A DNA stretch of 64,000 nucleotides from an uncultured Methanosarcinaceae archaeon (GTDB lineage Archaea > Halobacteriota > Methanosarcinia > Methanosarcinales > Methanosarcinaceae): contig CAVSHT010000012.1 of assembly GCA_963727895.1 (NCBI GenBank), positions 352,001 through 416,000 on the forward strand. The letters run 5' to 3'. Within the stretch, counting starts at the first letter, position 1; each line of letters starts with the position of its first letter. A model generated the notes under the pieces. The model was not told the origin of the DNA and did no database searches. It was given only the letters and a program-made list of their open reading frames with translations. The translations under genes were made by a program, and so were the position numbers. Below are positions 1-11,217 of this stretch, piece after piece.

Positions 1-883
1 GCTTGATTGCAGCATTTTCGTCAGACGTTCTTGCTTTTGCAACGAAATCGAGCTCATCTATAAAAAGAATGCATGGATTCAGTTTCTTTGAAAGCAAAAA
101 GACTCTATCAATGTTCTTTGCAGTCTCACCAAGATACTGGTCTGTTATCATGGAGAGTTTTACCTCAACAAACGGAATAGAGAGCTGTTCTGAAAGTGCA
201 CGGGCAACCGATGTCTTTCCGGTTCCTGGAGGACCTACAAACAAGAGTTTTCCTATATCATGAAGGCCGATTTCTCGAAGATATTCCCTGTACTCAATGG
301 CTTTCGTAATCTTTTCAACTTCGTTCTTCTGTTCCTCGGTGAGTACAAGGTCTTTGACTTTTTGCTTTACATCCTCAGGAGCGATAATGGACACGAGTTT
401 CAGCATATCTTCGCCCTTGTCTTCTTTCCGTATCTCCGCTACCAGTGACTCTATCCATTCCCTGTCGACTTCTTTGGGCTTTATTTTCGCCTTTGCGAGT
501 TCATAGTTTGCGGCTTCGTCTTCCTTAATTTCTCCATAGTAATAAGCCAGCACAGGATTATTTTCAATCCGTTCCTGGGAACCATCCTGGTTTTCAAACC
601 ATTCTGCAGCAAGTTCGAAAGCGCTAAGACGAAGTTCAAAATGAGACTTGTCTATATTTATGAATGGGACATTTCGTACGATTTTTTCGAGATCCTTAAG
701 CCCGTACAGTTTTTCAATTCGGATAAACGTGGCCGTGATAGGTTTGGGAACTGTTTTTTCGGTGCTACTCCAATAGTTTTTCCGAATGTTCTTTGGAAGA
801 TCATTTACGTCCAGTTCTGGGTAGCGGTTATAGACCTCTGCGGTCAGCAGTAGTTCTACAATATCTAATATAGTGCCTGACAT
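1..883 (-). CDS. AAA+ family ATPase (runs off the window's left edge)
   Basis: Manual minus-strand translation from ATG at 883: MSGTILDIVELLLTAEVYN...; Walker A LLFVGPPGTGKTS (~215-250) and Walker B ILFIDELD (~45-72). Not in the ORF track because the stop lies outside the window. Confidence 0.9.
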   Translation of the reverse strand, partial: MSGTILDIVELLLTAEVYNRYPELDVNDLPKNIRKNYWSSTEKTVPKPITATFIRIEKLYGLKDLEKIVRNVPFINIDKSHFELRLSAFELAAEWFENQDGSQERIENNPVLAYYYGEIKEDEAANYELAKAKIKPKEVDREWIESLVAEIRKEDKGEDMLKLVSIIAPEDVKQKVKDLVLTEEQKNEVEKITKAIEYREYLREIGLHDIGKLLFVGPPGTGKTSVARALSEQLSIPFVEVKLSMITDQYLGETAKNIDRVFLLSKKLNPCILFIDELDFVAKARTSDENAAIK

Positions 884-1363
884 GTTTTTACCTGTTGCAT
901 GCTTGGACTAATCCACTATCAAGTGTTTGGCACTCAAATGCGGGAAGTTCTTAAATCATTCTTTAAGTTGCTAAACCTAGTAATGGATTTTCTTGTATGA
1001 TAAAATTTACGAAGCCCCCGACAGTAAAAGAAAACGTCGGCTGGAGATGATAACTTTATCTAGCAGAAAGCGTTATCATCTACTCTATCTCTTTCGGGAA
1101 TTTAGACATATTTTCGGAAAAAGCCTTTGATGCCTCCGGAAAATGTTCTATTTTCAGAAAGTGGTTGTGTATTCTGGAAATAAAGAATTGCCTCCGTGAG
1201 ATTTACTCAAGTCTTAGAGAGAATTCAATTTACATAGCTTATTTCTGGAATGGCACAGAAGTATCAAAACTTCTGCATTATCAGAACTAGTATATTAAAA
1301 CTATCATTCCTAAGATTTCTCTATATAAGGAAATCCAAAATTATCCCTAGAGAGGACAATTGC

Positions 1364-2076
1364 ATGACAAGAGAACAACTCTATTCAGGGAAAGCAAAAA
1401 CTATCTATAAGACGGATGATCCTGATACCCTTATTACCGAATTCCGAAACAGTTTAACTGCATTTAACGGAGAAAAAAAGGGGAAATGGAAAAAAAAGGG
1501 TATTACAATGCTCAGATCTCAAAGAAATTATTTGAGATGCTCGAAGCAGAGGGAATAAAGACTCATTTTGTAGAAATGCTTTCTGACATCGATATGCTTG
1601 TGAAGAAAGTCGATATTATAAAAATAGAAGTCATTGTAAGGAATATTGCCGCAGGCTCTATTACAAAAAGATATCCTATAAAAGAAGGTACAATTTTTAA
1701 ATTCCCTGTACTTGTTTTTGACTTCAAGAATGACGAGTACGGAGATCCTATGCTGAATGATGACATAGCTCTTGCTCTTGGGTTAGCAACAGTAGAAGAA
1801 CTTGCCATCCTCCGGAAACTCGCTTTGAAAATCAACGAATTACTTGTGCCCTATCTGGACAAAAAAGGTATTTTACTTCCTGATTTCAAGCTGGAATTCG
1901 GGAGGAGAAATGGAGAGATCATCCTTGCAGATGAAATTTCATGCGATACCTGTCGGTTCTGGGACAAGAGCACTGGGCAGTCTATGGACAAAGATGTCTT
2001 CAGGTTTGACAAAGGCGACATTTCCGAGGCTTATGAAGAAGTTGCTCGGCGTATAGTTCCTGAGATATTTGAATAA
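1364..2076 (+). pseudogene. purC: SAICAR synthetase, split by an apparent 1-nt deletion at ~1480-1484 (real lesion or sequencing error)
   Basis: N-terminus [15 protein letters not shown]...TAFNGEKKG in one frame; the remainder ([33 protein letters not shown]) is in ORF 1486-2076. One extra G in AAGGGGAAATG joins them. Confidence 0.85.
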
Positions 2077-2219
2077 TCATAATAAAGGCCAGGAAGACCT
2101 GTATTAGCCATATAAAGGCTTCAAAGTTTTCCTACCTGCTTATTTTGTTTTTAGTATTGCAATAAACAATTTCTCTTTAGTTACACTGTTTCTGGTTTTG
2201 ATGTCGTTATTTAATATCG

Positions 2220-3446
2220 TTATGTTTTTAAGAATGAATCCAGAGTCGTTTGAAAACGGAAGTTAGAAAGCATCTTTGCCTGTTGAACCCATTCAGTTTT
2301 TGCTGTGTTTACTCTACTTGCAAGGTCCGAAACTGCGGTTTCAAGAGAATCGAATTTTTGTGGAGGATTTCGAAGAGCTTCTCTCATGCCTTCCCGCACG
2401 ACCCATACTCCAAGAGGAGCCCAATAATCCGGAGTTATTTCTCGGAGCACGAAGATGGAAGCCTGCCTTTTAATTTCAGCTAGATATTCAAGCACAGGCA
2501 GCCGTGCGGCATAATAGCCTCCAGCCAGAGGAGAATATCCTTTCTTTTTTTCATAGCCCTCACTATCTTCCCCAATCCAGATCGATTCTCCAGACCAGAC
2601 TGTTTTTGGAAGCCAGATCTCAATAAGTTCGAAAGAGTAAGCCCGTGGAAGAATAAGAACCTCAAAATGGTTCCCAAAATGCGTTCCACTAAAAAGCTGG
2701 ATCTCTGAAACCCAGGGAAAATCCTTTATGCGGTCTGCAAGTTCTTTTCCTGCCATATCATCAACGGCTGTAATCGACCAGCGCGTTGGCACGATTTTTC
2801 GTTCATTTCCTAACAGGCCAATGGAGAATAAGCGCGTAATCTGTTCAGCAGGGATATTATCTTTATAGAGTTCAAGCACGGCATCTTTTGCCAGGGCATC
2901 TGTGTCATATACAAGATAATCCACTTTTTTTGGCACGTTAGGATTTTCTGCAAGCTCAAAATTTTTGACAAGCCCCGAAGGTCCCATAGGTGTTAATATG
3001 GCATCGAATTTGAGTTCCTGTTTTGGAGCTTTGAAAAACCAGGCTTCGGTATCTACTGGCTTTTTGGCTAGAGCAAGTTCTTGAGCCTTTACAAGGAGAG
3101 GATTGTCTTTGCTGCGAGCATCTTTTACATGGAAGTTTGTGTTTGCCCTGACCATTGTGGAACGCATAGAGATAATATCTTCAATCTGCATGTTTGCCCA
3201 AGCTGAAGGCTCTTCCAAAACAGAAGCTTCGCTTTCTTTTGCCAGAGGAGGAATAAGCGGACCTGCTGACACCCTCGGATAACCGTAGCTTCCAACAAAA
3301 ATAGCAGGAGGAGAGGCTCCAAAAACCGAGTCTCCGGATATCACAGGAGCAATTGATTCAAAAGACTTGAATTTCTCAAGAATTGGACAATGAGGACGCC
3401 CACAAATTCCTTTTCCTTTACACTTTATACACAGAGCATCATTCAC
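2220..3446 (-). CDS. nreA: Nre-family PCNA-interacting DNA repair protein
   Basis: N-terminal CxxCxG...CGxxxCP, GxSPP..FVG..GYP, R.IVPTRWSITAVD, GGYYAARL; C-terminal PIP box QTTLDSFL. Confidence 0.9.
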   Translation of the reverse strand: MNDALCIKCKGKGICGRPHCPILEKFKSFESIAPVISGDSVFGASPPAIFVGSYGYPRVSAGPLIPPLAKESEASVLEEPSAWANMQIEDIISMRSTMVRANTNFHVKDARSKDNPLLVKAQELALAKKPVDTEAWFFKAPKQELKFDAILTPMGPSGLVKNFELAENPNVPKKVDYLVYDTDALAKDAVLELYKDNIPAEQITRLFSIGLLGNERKIVPTRWSITAVDDMAGKELADRIKDFPWVSEIQLFSGTHFGNHFEVLILPRAYSFELIEIWLPKTVWSGESIWIGEDSEGYEKKKGYSPLAGGYYAARLPVLEYLAEIKRQASIFVLREITPDYWAPLGVWVVREGMREALRNPPQKFDSLETAVSDLASRVNTAKTEWVQQAKMLSNFRFQTTLDSFLKT

Positions 3447-3814
3447 TTTAAATCCATATCCTCACATATGATACAGGGATTGGCTTCAGGAGCATTTTTA
3501 TATAACCAACCGGACCCGGACTTTTGAACAAAGCTACAAATTGCACACATGCCTTTTGTTTTTTCCTGAGAGGACAAGCCTTGATTTAAAAGTATTGATG
3601 CAAATTTTTTTATTTCCTCTTGAGTTTCCTTAGAAAAATCAACTTCAGCTCCACGTTTTTCACTCACATATTGAGATACTGCAGCCCTTGATAGCTCCAA
3701 GATCTCCGCTACATCTTGCTGTGTGCATCCGTATTCAAAAATCAGTGCTCTGGAAAGCTCTGCCCGAATTGCGGGTAAGACTTTCTGTACCATTATTTCA
3801 CACGTCGTCTTCAT
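3443..3814 (-). CDS. HTH transcriptional regulator (COG2522-like)
   Basis: CE...LPAIRA...TQQDVAEILELSRAAVSQYVSEKRG HTH; Cys pairs at the C-terminus; overlaps the nreA start. Confidence 0.8.
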   Translation of the reverse strand: MKTTCEIMVQKVLPAIRAELSRALIFEYGCTQQDVAEILELSRAAVSQYVSEKRGAEVDFSKETQEEIKKFASILLNQGLSSQEKTKGMCAICSFVQKSGSGWLYKNAPEANPCIICEDMDLK

Positions 3815-4030
3815 AGGAGACCAACACCACATATATCACAGAATTTAAATCCGTAGATTGTATAAGAAAGTTTCTTATTTATTATATTATGTTTTTGTTT
3901 ATTAAGTATATATTTTGTCCCCATAAATTTACCGACAACGTATACTACCTACATACCGACAAAATTCTATTACTCCGGGTCTGAATAGATATTATTAGAC
4001 CCGGCTTACCCTTGGAGGTTGATCAGGATT

Positions 4031-4339
4031 TTAGTTTTTAATCTGTTCAGCAGAGAAACCCTTTTCCATGAGGACTTCTTTCATGCGGGCCAAGTGATTG
4101 CCTTGAAGTTCTACAGTATTTCCTTTTACTGTACCACCGCATGCAAACTTTGATTTAAGATAAGTAGACAGTTCGTGAAGATCTATTTCACTTGCATCGA
4201 AACCTTCTACAACGGTGACTTCTTTTCCGTATCTTCTTCTGTTAACTTTCACAGTAATTCTCTGTTGCTCTTTTGCAACTTCTTCGCAAATGCAAAGTTC
4301 TTTTGGAAGCCCACATACTGGGCACATTCCGCTGCTCAT
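4031..4339 (-). CDS. yciH: Translation factor SUI1/aIF1 (YciH family)
   Basis: [38 protein letters not shown]...ELQG. Confidence 0.95.
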   Translation of the reverse strand: MSSGMCPVCGLPKELCICEEVAKEQQRITVKVNRRRYGKEVTVVEGFDASEIDLHELSTYLKSKFACGGTVKGNTVELQGNHLARMKEVLMEKGFSAEQIKN

Positions 4340-4864
4340 TTGTTGGTATATCCTCCGAATTTGTAATCATCATATATGTAATTTACATCTAAAAATAACT
4401 AATAGATATAAAGTACTTATCGATGAAGGTATTAAAGCCTAATGGTATTTTTCAGGCACTTTATGCTGAATTTCAGTAATAGCCGTAAATTGACTACAAC
4501 GTAAAAAGCCATCCAATGCTTTATTATGTTTTAATTTTTTTGTTTAATTCTGTGTGTTTGTTCGTATAATAAAATATAATAGTTTGATTTTCTGAAAAGT
4601 TACAGGCAACGAGTAAAAAATCTGGAAAATATAGAGAATGTTCGGATACTAATATTTAGGGAAAGAATATAAATCGAAAAAGCTAAAAATTGCTTAAAAT
4701 CCCCGCTTTAACCGGAAAAGCATCTCTTATTCATCAAGAAATTAGATATATCTTGAATTCCATTTCCTTGTATTATCTGTATTATACTGATATATATACT
4801 TCTATTATATAAATACAACAGAATAAAACAAATAAATACAATAATTTACATTAGGGGGAACCTG

Positions 4865-5113
4865 ATGAATGAACTAAACGATTTAATAGGTTTTGTAAAT
4901 GGAAATAGTATAAGGCAAAAAATACTCTCCTTACTTTCCTCAAAAGGAGAAATGGAAGGTAAAAGAGTATCAAAAACCCTGAGAGTTGCATATCCCACCA
5001 TTGCAAAAACTCTAGATGAACTTGAAGAAAAAAAATTGATTACAAAAAAGGAAGAAATTTACTCTCTCACAGAATCTGGAATAAAAGTCGAAAAAATGAT
5101 CCAACAAATCTAA
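4865..5113 (+). CDS. Small winged-helix transcriptional regulator
   Basis: 83-codon ORF; R.KIL..L..., LDELEEKKLI...YSLTESG wing motif; GGGGG RBS upstream. Confidence 0.75.
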   Translation: MNELNDLIGFVNGNSIRQKILSLLSSKGEMEGKRVSKTLRVAYPTIAKTLDELEEKKLITKKEEIYSLTESGIKVEKMIQQI

Positions 5114-5287
5114 TCCTACATGCATAATATACTTCTATCTACTTTTTTAATAATATTTTTGATATATAGTTCTTTTCAAAATCAACTTTATTCTCAATCA
5201 ACAGAAACTTTAAGGTAATTTCTTCGCAAAATTAGAGCGCGATAGAACTAGCTACACACAATTATAGGATAAGTAAAACATTATAAA

Positions 5288-5465
5288 TTCAATCCCGTAA
5301 ATCAGCCCTCTTGAGCGAAGCGAAAAGGGCATCGTCCTCCCGAGACGAAACTCGGGTGGTGGAACTCGGGTGGTGGAACTCGGGTGGTGGAACTCGGGTG
5401 GTGGAACTCGGGTGGTGGAACTCGGGTGGTGGAACTCGGGTGACTAGACTCTAGCGGGTTAGAAA
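5288..5465. repeat. MITE/REP-like hairpin element (GCCCTCTTGAGCGAAGCGAAAAGGGC...CCCGAGACGAAACTCGGG) with an internal 14-bp tandem array
   Basis: The ~55-bp core recurs inverted at ~7757-7811; it contains two stem-loops. Outer boundaries are approximate. Confidence 0.7.
5349..5442. repeat. 14-bp tandem repeat AACTCGGGTGGTGG, 6 full copies plus one partial
   Basis: Read directly; perfect copies, no spacers. Confidence 0.95.
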
Positions 5466-5606
5466 TGTTTATTAAATTCTTATCCCTTTATGTCGGCATA
5501 GACTGTTAATGCTAATATTGAAAATCTTGAATTTCAGGGAATAATTTCAAGAAAAAAAATCAAAATTCCGGCACCTAAAAAAGGACTAAGTATCAGAGGC
5601 AAGGCA

Positions 5607-7754
5607 ATGTTACCTGAAGAAGACCTTAAGATCATAAAAAAAGAACTCGGACGAGAGCCAACCCTGGTAGAACAGGGCTGTTTTTTAAACTTATGGAGCG
5701 AACACTGTTCCTACCGTTCGAGTGCTCCTCTCCTGAAAACTTTTACTAGTAAGGGTGAAAACGTAATTATCGGCCCTGGAGACGATGCTGCAATTATAAG
5801 ATTTGAAGATGGATATGTGCTTGCTATAGGTATGGAAAGCCATAATCATCCATCATATGTTGATCCGTACAACGGAGCCGCTACCGGTGTAGGAGGTATT
5901 GTTAGAGATATAATCTCTATGGGAGCTCGTCCTATAGCCCTTATGGATCCGTTATACTTCGGGCCTCTTGACACTCCAAAAAACCTTTTTCTTTTTGAAC
6001 AGATTATTAAAGGAATTGCAGGGTATGGCAACTGCATAGGAGTGCCTGTGGTTAAGGGTGAGACCTTCTTTGACCGAAAATACAGCGGAAATCCACTTGT
6101 AAATGTGGTTGCAGTAGGACTCTGTAAAGAAGAGGAGATTATAACCGCTCGCTCCCAGAAAGCAGGAAACAAGCTTGTACTCGCAGGTTCAAACACAGGA
6201 AGAGATGGGCTTGGAGGTGCTTCTTTTGCCTCAAGGGATCTATCCGAGTCAGCTGAAGCTGAAGACCGCCCAAGTGTTCAGGTAGGAGACCCTTATACCG
6301 AAAAGCTTGTAATTGAAATGACGCTGGAAGCGATAAGGAAGGGATATATAAAATCCTGTAAAGATCTTGGAGCTGCTGGTCTGGGGGGCGCAAGCTCGGA
6401 ACTGGCTGCTAAAGGAGGACTTGGGGCTCGAATCATTGCAGACGCAGTACCCCAGCGCGAACCTAATATGAATGCGTATGAAATCCTGCTTGCAGAATCT
6501 CAGGAACGTATGGTCTTTGAGGTTGCTCCTGAAGATGTCGATGCTGTACTTGATCTGGTGGCAAAATACGATCTTAATGGTGCTGTAGTAGGATATCTGA
6601 CAGAAAAACCAAATTATACAATTGAGTTCAAAGGGGAAATTGTTGCTGATATTCCAATCGATTTGCTGACAGGTGGAGCTCCAACCTGTGAGAAACCTTC
6701 AGTAACTCCTATTTATGAGGTTCAAGAAGGTAAAGCTCCTGAAACCCCGAAAGACCTGAAAGCAGCTTTTTTGAAAGTCCTATCTTCCTATAATATTGCC
6801 TCGAAAGAGTGGATTTACAGGCAATATGACCATGAAGTCCAGTTGAGAACAATTATCAAGCCAGGAGAAGACTCTGGTGTGCTTAAGATAACTGATAAAA
6901 AAGGAATTGCACTATCCTGTGGCTGCCAGCCGAGAGCTACCCTTATTGATCCCTACACCGGAGGAAAAACTGCAGTAATAGAAAATGTCATGAACCTTGC
7001 AGTAAAAGGAGCAGAAGCGCTTGCTATTGTAAACTGCCTTAACTTTGGAAATCCCGATCGTCCAGATATTTATTGGCAATTCAAAAATGCCGTACTTGGA
7101 CTTGGAGACGAAGCAAGAGAACTCTCAATTCCAGTTGTAGGAGGAAATGTTTCTCTATATAACGAAAGCTACGAATTAAAGACCTCAATTCTTCCGACTC
7201 CTTCAATAGGAATGATAGGGAAAGTAGACCTTGAAATTCCACTTCCTTCAAGCTATTTTGCCAAATCCGGAGATACCATAATATTGGTAGGAGAAACAAC
7301 TTCGGAGATGGGCGGTTCAGAATATTATGCCTGTTTCGGTGTTCAGAATGCTGGAAAAGTTCCTTCTATTCCAAAAAATGCTCCTGAAATCATAAAAGCC
7401 GTTATCGAAGCAGCAAAAAGCGGAAAACTCAGTTCAGCACATGATCTATCCCTTGGAGGAATTGCAGCAGGACTTGCAAGAATGTGCAGAAATAGCGGCG
7501 CAGAGATAGATTTGAGTGGAATTGCAGAAATAAAATCTGAAGAGTTATTATTCTCAGAATCTCATGCAAGAGCTCTGCTTGCTACAAGCGAGCCAAAAGC
7601 TGTACTGGAAATAATCAAAAATATACCTCATATGATAATTGGCAAGGTCGGAGGCAATTCTCTTGAGGTTAAAGGAAAAGACTTTGAAATATCTCTCGCC
7701 TTAAAAGAAATCTCTGATGCATATGACAGCCTTACAAGATTTATGATGGGCTGA
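5607..7754 (+). CDS. purL: Phosphoribosylformylglycinamidine synthase subunit PurL
   Basis: [57 protein letters not shown]. Confidence 0.97.
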   Translation: MLPEEDLKIIKKELGREPTLVEQGCFLNLWSEHCSYRSSAPLLKTFTSKGENVIIGPGDDAAIIRFEDGYVLAIGMESHNHPSYVDPYNGAATGVGGIVRDIISMGARPIALMDPLYFGPLDTPKNLFLFEQIIKGIAGYGNCIGVPVVKGETFFDRKYSGNPLVNVVAVGLCKEEEIITARSQKAGNKLVLAGSNTGRDGLGGASFASRDLSESAEAEDRPSVQVGDPYTEKLVIEMTLEAIRKGYIKSCKDLGAAGLGGASSELAAKGGLGARIIADAVPQREPNMNAYEILLAESQERMVFEVAPEDVDAVLDLVAKYDLNGAVVGYLTEKPNYTIEFKGEIVADIPIDLLTGGAPTCEKPSVTPIYEVQEGKAPETPKDLKAAFLKVLSSYNIASKEWIYRQYDHEVQLRTIIKPGEDSGVLKITDKKGIALSCGCQPRATLIDPYTGGKTAVIENVMNLAVKGAEALAIVNCLNFGNPDRPDIYWQFKNAVLGLGDEARELSIPVVGGNVSLYNESYELKTSILPTPSIGMIGKVDLEIPLPSSYFAKSGDTIILVGETTSEMGGSEYYACFGVQNAGKVPSIPKNAPEIIKAVIEAAKSGKLSSAHDLSLGGIAAGLARMCRNSGAEIDLSGIAEIKSEELLFSESHARALLATSEPKAVLEIIKNIPHMIIGKVGGNSLEVKGKDFEISLALKEISDAYDSLTRFMMG

Positions 7755-7756
7755 CT

Positions 7757-7811
7757 CTCCTGAGTTTCGTCTCGGGAGGACGATGCCCTTTTCGCGTTGC
7801 TCAAGAGGGCT
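7757..7811. repeat. Inverted copy of the hairpin element at ~5304-5358, directly after the purL stop
   Basis: GAGTTTCGTCTCGGGAGGACGATGCCCTTTTCGCGTTGCTCAAGAGGGC is nearly the reverse complement of 5305-5353. Confidence 0.85.
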
Positions 7812-7823
7812 TTTTAAATATTG

Positions 7824-8563
7824 GGCATTGGTACACAAAAATAAATATATATGCTTATAACATATATTTCTTCATGAACTGCCCAAAATGTAATAGTTCC
7901 AGTCACAAAAATAATGGTATAGTTGGCGGGCGTCAACGGTACAAATGCTCTGATTGTGGCTATAACTATACAGTAGAGCTAAAATCAACTGCTTTTTCCG
8001 CTTCTGTAAAAAGACAGGCTTTACAACTTTACCTTGAAGGATTGGGCTTTCGTTCAATAGGAAGATTTTTAGGGGTGAGTCATGTTTTTGTCCAAAAATG
8101 GATCAAGAAATTTGGTCAAGAGTGAGAGAACCTAAAAAGTGAAAATGAGATACCTATTGTTGAAATGGATGAAATGCACACTTACATCGGTAACAAAAAA
8201 AATATTGCTGGATCTGGATTGCTGTTGATAGAGTTGGGAAAAAATTCATCAACTGCTCTTTTGGTAGTAGAGGAACGGAAACTGGAAAACTACTCTGGGA
8301 AAAATTGAAGAAAAAAGACATTGGAGAAGTGATGACAGATCACTGGAGAGCATATGCAGAGTTTCTTCCAGAAAAGAGTCATACTCAATCAAAAGCAAAA
8401 ACGTATACTGTTGAAGGATATAACAGCATATTGAGGCATTTTCTAGCAAGGTTGAGAAGAAAGACAAAGTGTTATACGAAGAGTCTTGAAATGCTAAAGT
8501 ACTCGGTTATTCTATTGATGAAATAAAGAAATAAAGAACTGGATATAGTTAAGTAACAATACC
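7824..8563 (+). mobile_element. IS1-family element, copy 1 (transposase has a premature TGA at 8123)
   Basis: InsA-like MNCPKC...GRQRYKCSDCG plus DDE part (DEMHTYIG, TDHWRAY, RHFLARLRRKTKC); ends GGCATTGG...CAATACC; 8-bp TSD AAATATTG at 7816-7823 and 8564-8571. Confidence 0.93.
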
Positions 8564-8849
8564 AAATATTGTAAATAAAATTTCATTTAAGTGAGGTAAC
8601 TTACAAGGCTACAAGTTTTTGCCCATGCCTTGTGTTAGAAGTCAAAAATTTTTTTGATTCCTATTTGAATGGGGTCTCATCCCATCTTCTCTTTTAAGCT
8701 GTTTTTAATTTAAGTGATACTTTTTGCCTCGAATCATTTCATTTTTGGTATTTTTTGATCCCACTGAAAGTTCAGATATGACACAAAAATAGTTTTGAGT
8801 TAATTAAAACAATAGTTATTAGTAGCTTTTTGTATTAGATTACTTTGTT

Positions 8850-9986
8850 ATGAAAGCTGTATGCATCTGTATGGGAGTGCATCTGCCTTACAGTCCCAAG
8901 TGGTATTGGCCTGTAGAGGGTTTTATAGGGGTGCCTGAAGTCGACCGGTATTTTGACCGGAACACTATTTTCTCTAACTTTTCAAAAACAAGCCGTCAAC
9001 TTTTACGCCTTAATGATCTGGTTCTGGAGTCAATAGAGAATGAAGGAAGATATTCTTTTGATCTATCAGGGCCTTTTCTTGAACAATGTAAATGGGACCC
9101 TGAACTTCTCGAATCATTCAACGAACTTGGAGATAGTGGAAGCGTGGAATTTACAGGTAGCTGTAAGTTTCACTCTTTGAGTTCATTGTATCCCAATCTT
9201 TCTTGGTTTAAGGAAGAAGTGCTCGTATATAGAGAACTGCTGCAAGAACTATTGAGAATCACCCCTGAGACGTTTGTAAATACGGAGCTTCTGCATACTG
9301 AAAGAGTAGGGAAGATTATTTCTGATATGGGTTTCAAGTGTCTTATCGCAGAAGGGTCCAGTAATCTACTGAATGGATGTGACCCTGTAAATGTTTTTGA
9401 AAATCATCTTCCAACTTTGTTAAGGCACATAAATCTGAGCGAAGATTTAGAACTGCGTTTTTCTGAACGAGAATGGCAAGGGTATCCTCTTATCCCAGAA
9501 AAATTTGCAGACTGGATTTCTAGCATGGAAGGAGATGTTTTAACCCTTTATTTTAACTATGCAAACCTTTGCTTCCACTACAGAAACAAAAGTATGATAA
9601 CTGATTTTATGCGAACATTTCCAGAATCTCTCAATGCCAGAGGTATTGAGATGATAACGCCATCCGAAGCTGTAAAACGATTTAACTCTGTGAAACTTTC
9701 TACTCTGGGAACCGGTCAGACAATACGTTATGGTATGGATAATGCAATAGGAAACCATGCACAACAGCTTTACCTGCGAGAACTGGTAACAGTTGGAGAG
9801 GAACTCTCAAGGCTTAAGAAAAATAAAAATTATTGGAAACTTAAACAGGTATTCAGTTACCTCCAGCAGGGTGACATATTTTTTTCTATGAATTCTGGAA
9901 ATATCAGGGATGGATATGAAAGGGCTGTAAACTATTTTTCTATCCTTTCTGATTTCAGAAGAGCTGTTTTGGAGGAAAGAGCATGA
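8850..9986 (+). CDS. GH57-family protein, probably catalytically degenerate
   Basis: Paralogous to the next gene (NTELL, HSLSSL, YPL..EKFA.W) but HQP is HLP and DYETFG is NYANLC. Confidence 0.85.
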   Translation: MKAVCICMGVHLPYSPKWYWPVEGFIGVPEVDRYFDRNTIFSNFSKTSRQLLRLNDLVLESIENEGRYSFDLSGPFLEQCKWDPELLESFNELGDSGSVEFTGSCKFHSLSSLYPNLSWFKEEVLVYRELLQELLRITPETFVNTELLHTERVGKIISDMGFKCLIAEGSSNLLNGCDPVNVFENHLPTLLRHINLSEDLELRFSEREWQGYPLIPEKFADWISSMEGDVLTLYFNYANLCFHYRNKSMITDFMRTFPESLNARGIEMITPSEAVKRFNSVKLSTLGTGQTIRYGMDNAIGNHAQQLYLRELVTVGEELSRLKKNKNYWKLKQVFSYLQQGDIFFSMNSGNIRDGYERAVNYFSILSDFRRAVLEERA

Positions 9987-11179
9987 CCTCGGTTTGCGTA
10001 TATTTCCAGGCACATCAACCGTTCAGACTGAAAAGATTCTGGCCTGATGATAAATCAGGTTTTTTCCGTTATTTTGATGAGAAAAGCAACAGGGAAATTT
10101 TTGAGAGGGTTGCTCAAAAATGTTACGTTCCTACAAACAAACTCTTGCTTAATTCTCTTGATGAATATAAGGGAGAATTCAGATTTTCTTATTCTATTAC
10201 CGGAACCTTGCTCGAACAATGCGAATTATGGGGAAAAGATGTGCTCGAAAGCTTCCGACAAATGGCTGAAACCGGAGCAGTAGAATTTTTGGATGAAACC
10301 TTTTATCATTCCCTTTCAAGCCTTTTTGAAGATAAAGGCGAATTTATTGAAGAAATAAAAGAACACAGAGAACACGTGCATGATCTTTTGGGGGTTAAAC
10401 CTCAGGTATTCCGGAATACTGAACTGCTTTACAATAACACTATCGCAAAAATTGTTTCAGATCTTGGGTACAGGGCAATCCTTACCGAAGGTGCGGATCA
10501 TGTGCTTAATAGTAGATCTCCAAACGTGCTTTACAAGGCAAAAGGTTCAGGACTTCCTATTATTTTCAGGAATTACAAGCTGAGTGATGACATTGGATAC
10601 CGCTTCTCGTCGAGATGGTGGAAAGAATATCCTCTTACTGCAGAAAAATGGGCATCTTGGGCTTCAGGAATTAATGAAGACTGCATAAATATCTTCATGG
10701 ATTATGAAACCTTTGGAGAACATCAATGGAAAGAAACCGGAATATTTTCGTTTCTGCAAAAGTTTCCAGGGGAAGTACTTAAAACTAACCTGGATTTCAG
10801 CACCCCTCTTGAACTTGTAGAAAAATACTTTCCTGTCGCTGAAATTGATATTGGAGACTTTTCAACAATTTCCTGGGCTGATATGGAACGTGATACCAGT
10901 GCATGGTTAGGGAACGATATGCAAAGACGCTGCTTTGAAGAAATAAAATTGCTTGAGCCCTTTGTTAGAAAAACAAAAGATTCAGAACTTCTGCGTATAT
11001 GGAAACACCTCTTAACTTCAGATCATTACTATTATATGTGTACCAAATGGCTCGGGGACGGAGATGTACATTCCTATTTCAGTGTTCATCCCACACCTTT
11101 TGATGCAGCAGTTAATTTTATGGCTGTACTTATGGATTTCAAGGCACGAGTGTTCAGGAAACTTAGTTCAATAGCTTAA
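9983..11179 (+). CDS. GH57 alpha-amylase
   Basis: HQP, ETFYHSL, FRNTELLY, FMDYETFGEHQW, SWAD, LTSDHYYYM conserved regions. Confidence 0.92.
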   Translation: MTSVCVYFQAHQPFRLKRFWPDDKSGFFRYFDEKSNREIFERVAQKCYVPTNKLLLNSLDEYKGEFRFSYSITGTLLEQCELWGKDVLESFRQMAETGAVEFLDETFYHSLSSLFEDKGEFIEEIKEHREHVHDLLGVKPQVFRNTELLYNNTIAKIVSDLGYRAILTEGADHVLNSRSPNVLYKAKGSGLPIIFRNYKLSDDIGYRFSSRWWKEYPLTAEKWASWASGINEDCINIFMDYETFGEHQWKETGIFSFLQKFPGEVLKTNLDFSTPLELVEKYFPVAEIDIGDFSTISWADMERDTSAWLGNDMQRRCFEEIKLLEPFVRKTKDSELLRIWKHLLTSDHYYYMCTKWLGDGDVHSYFSVHPTPFDAAVNFMAVLMDFKARVFRKLSSIA

Positions 11180-11217
11180 TTATGTGTACACATACTAAAT
11201 CATGGGAGGTAAATTGC

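Noticed and set aside
5349..5442. CRISPR array
   Set aside because: Contiguous 14-bp units with no unique spacers.
5304..7811. purL carried on a transposon bounded by the inverted repeats
   Set aside because: No TSD or transposase between the repeats; independent copies of a dispersed repeat is the simpler explanation.
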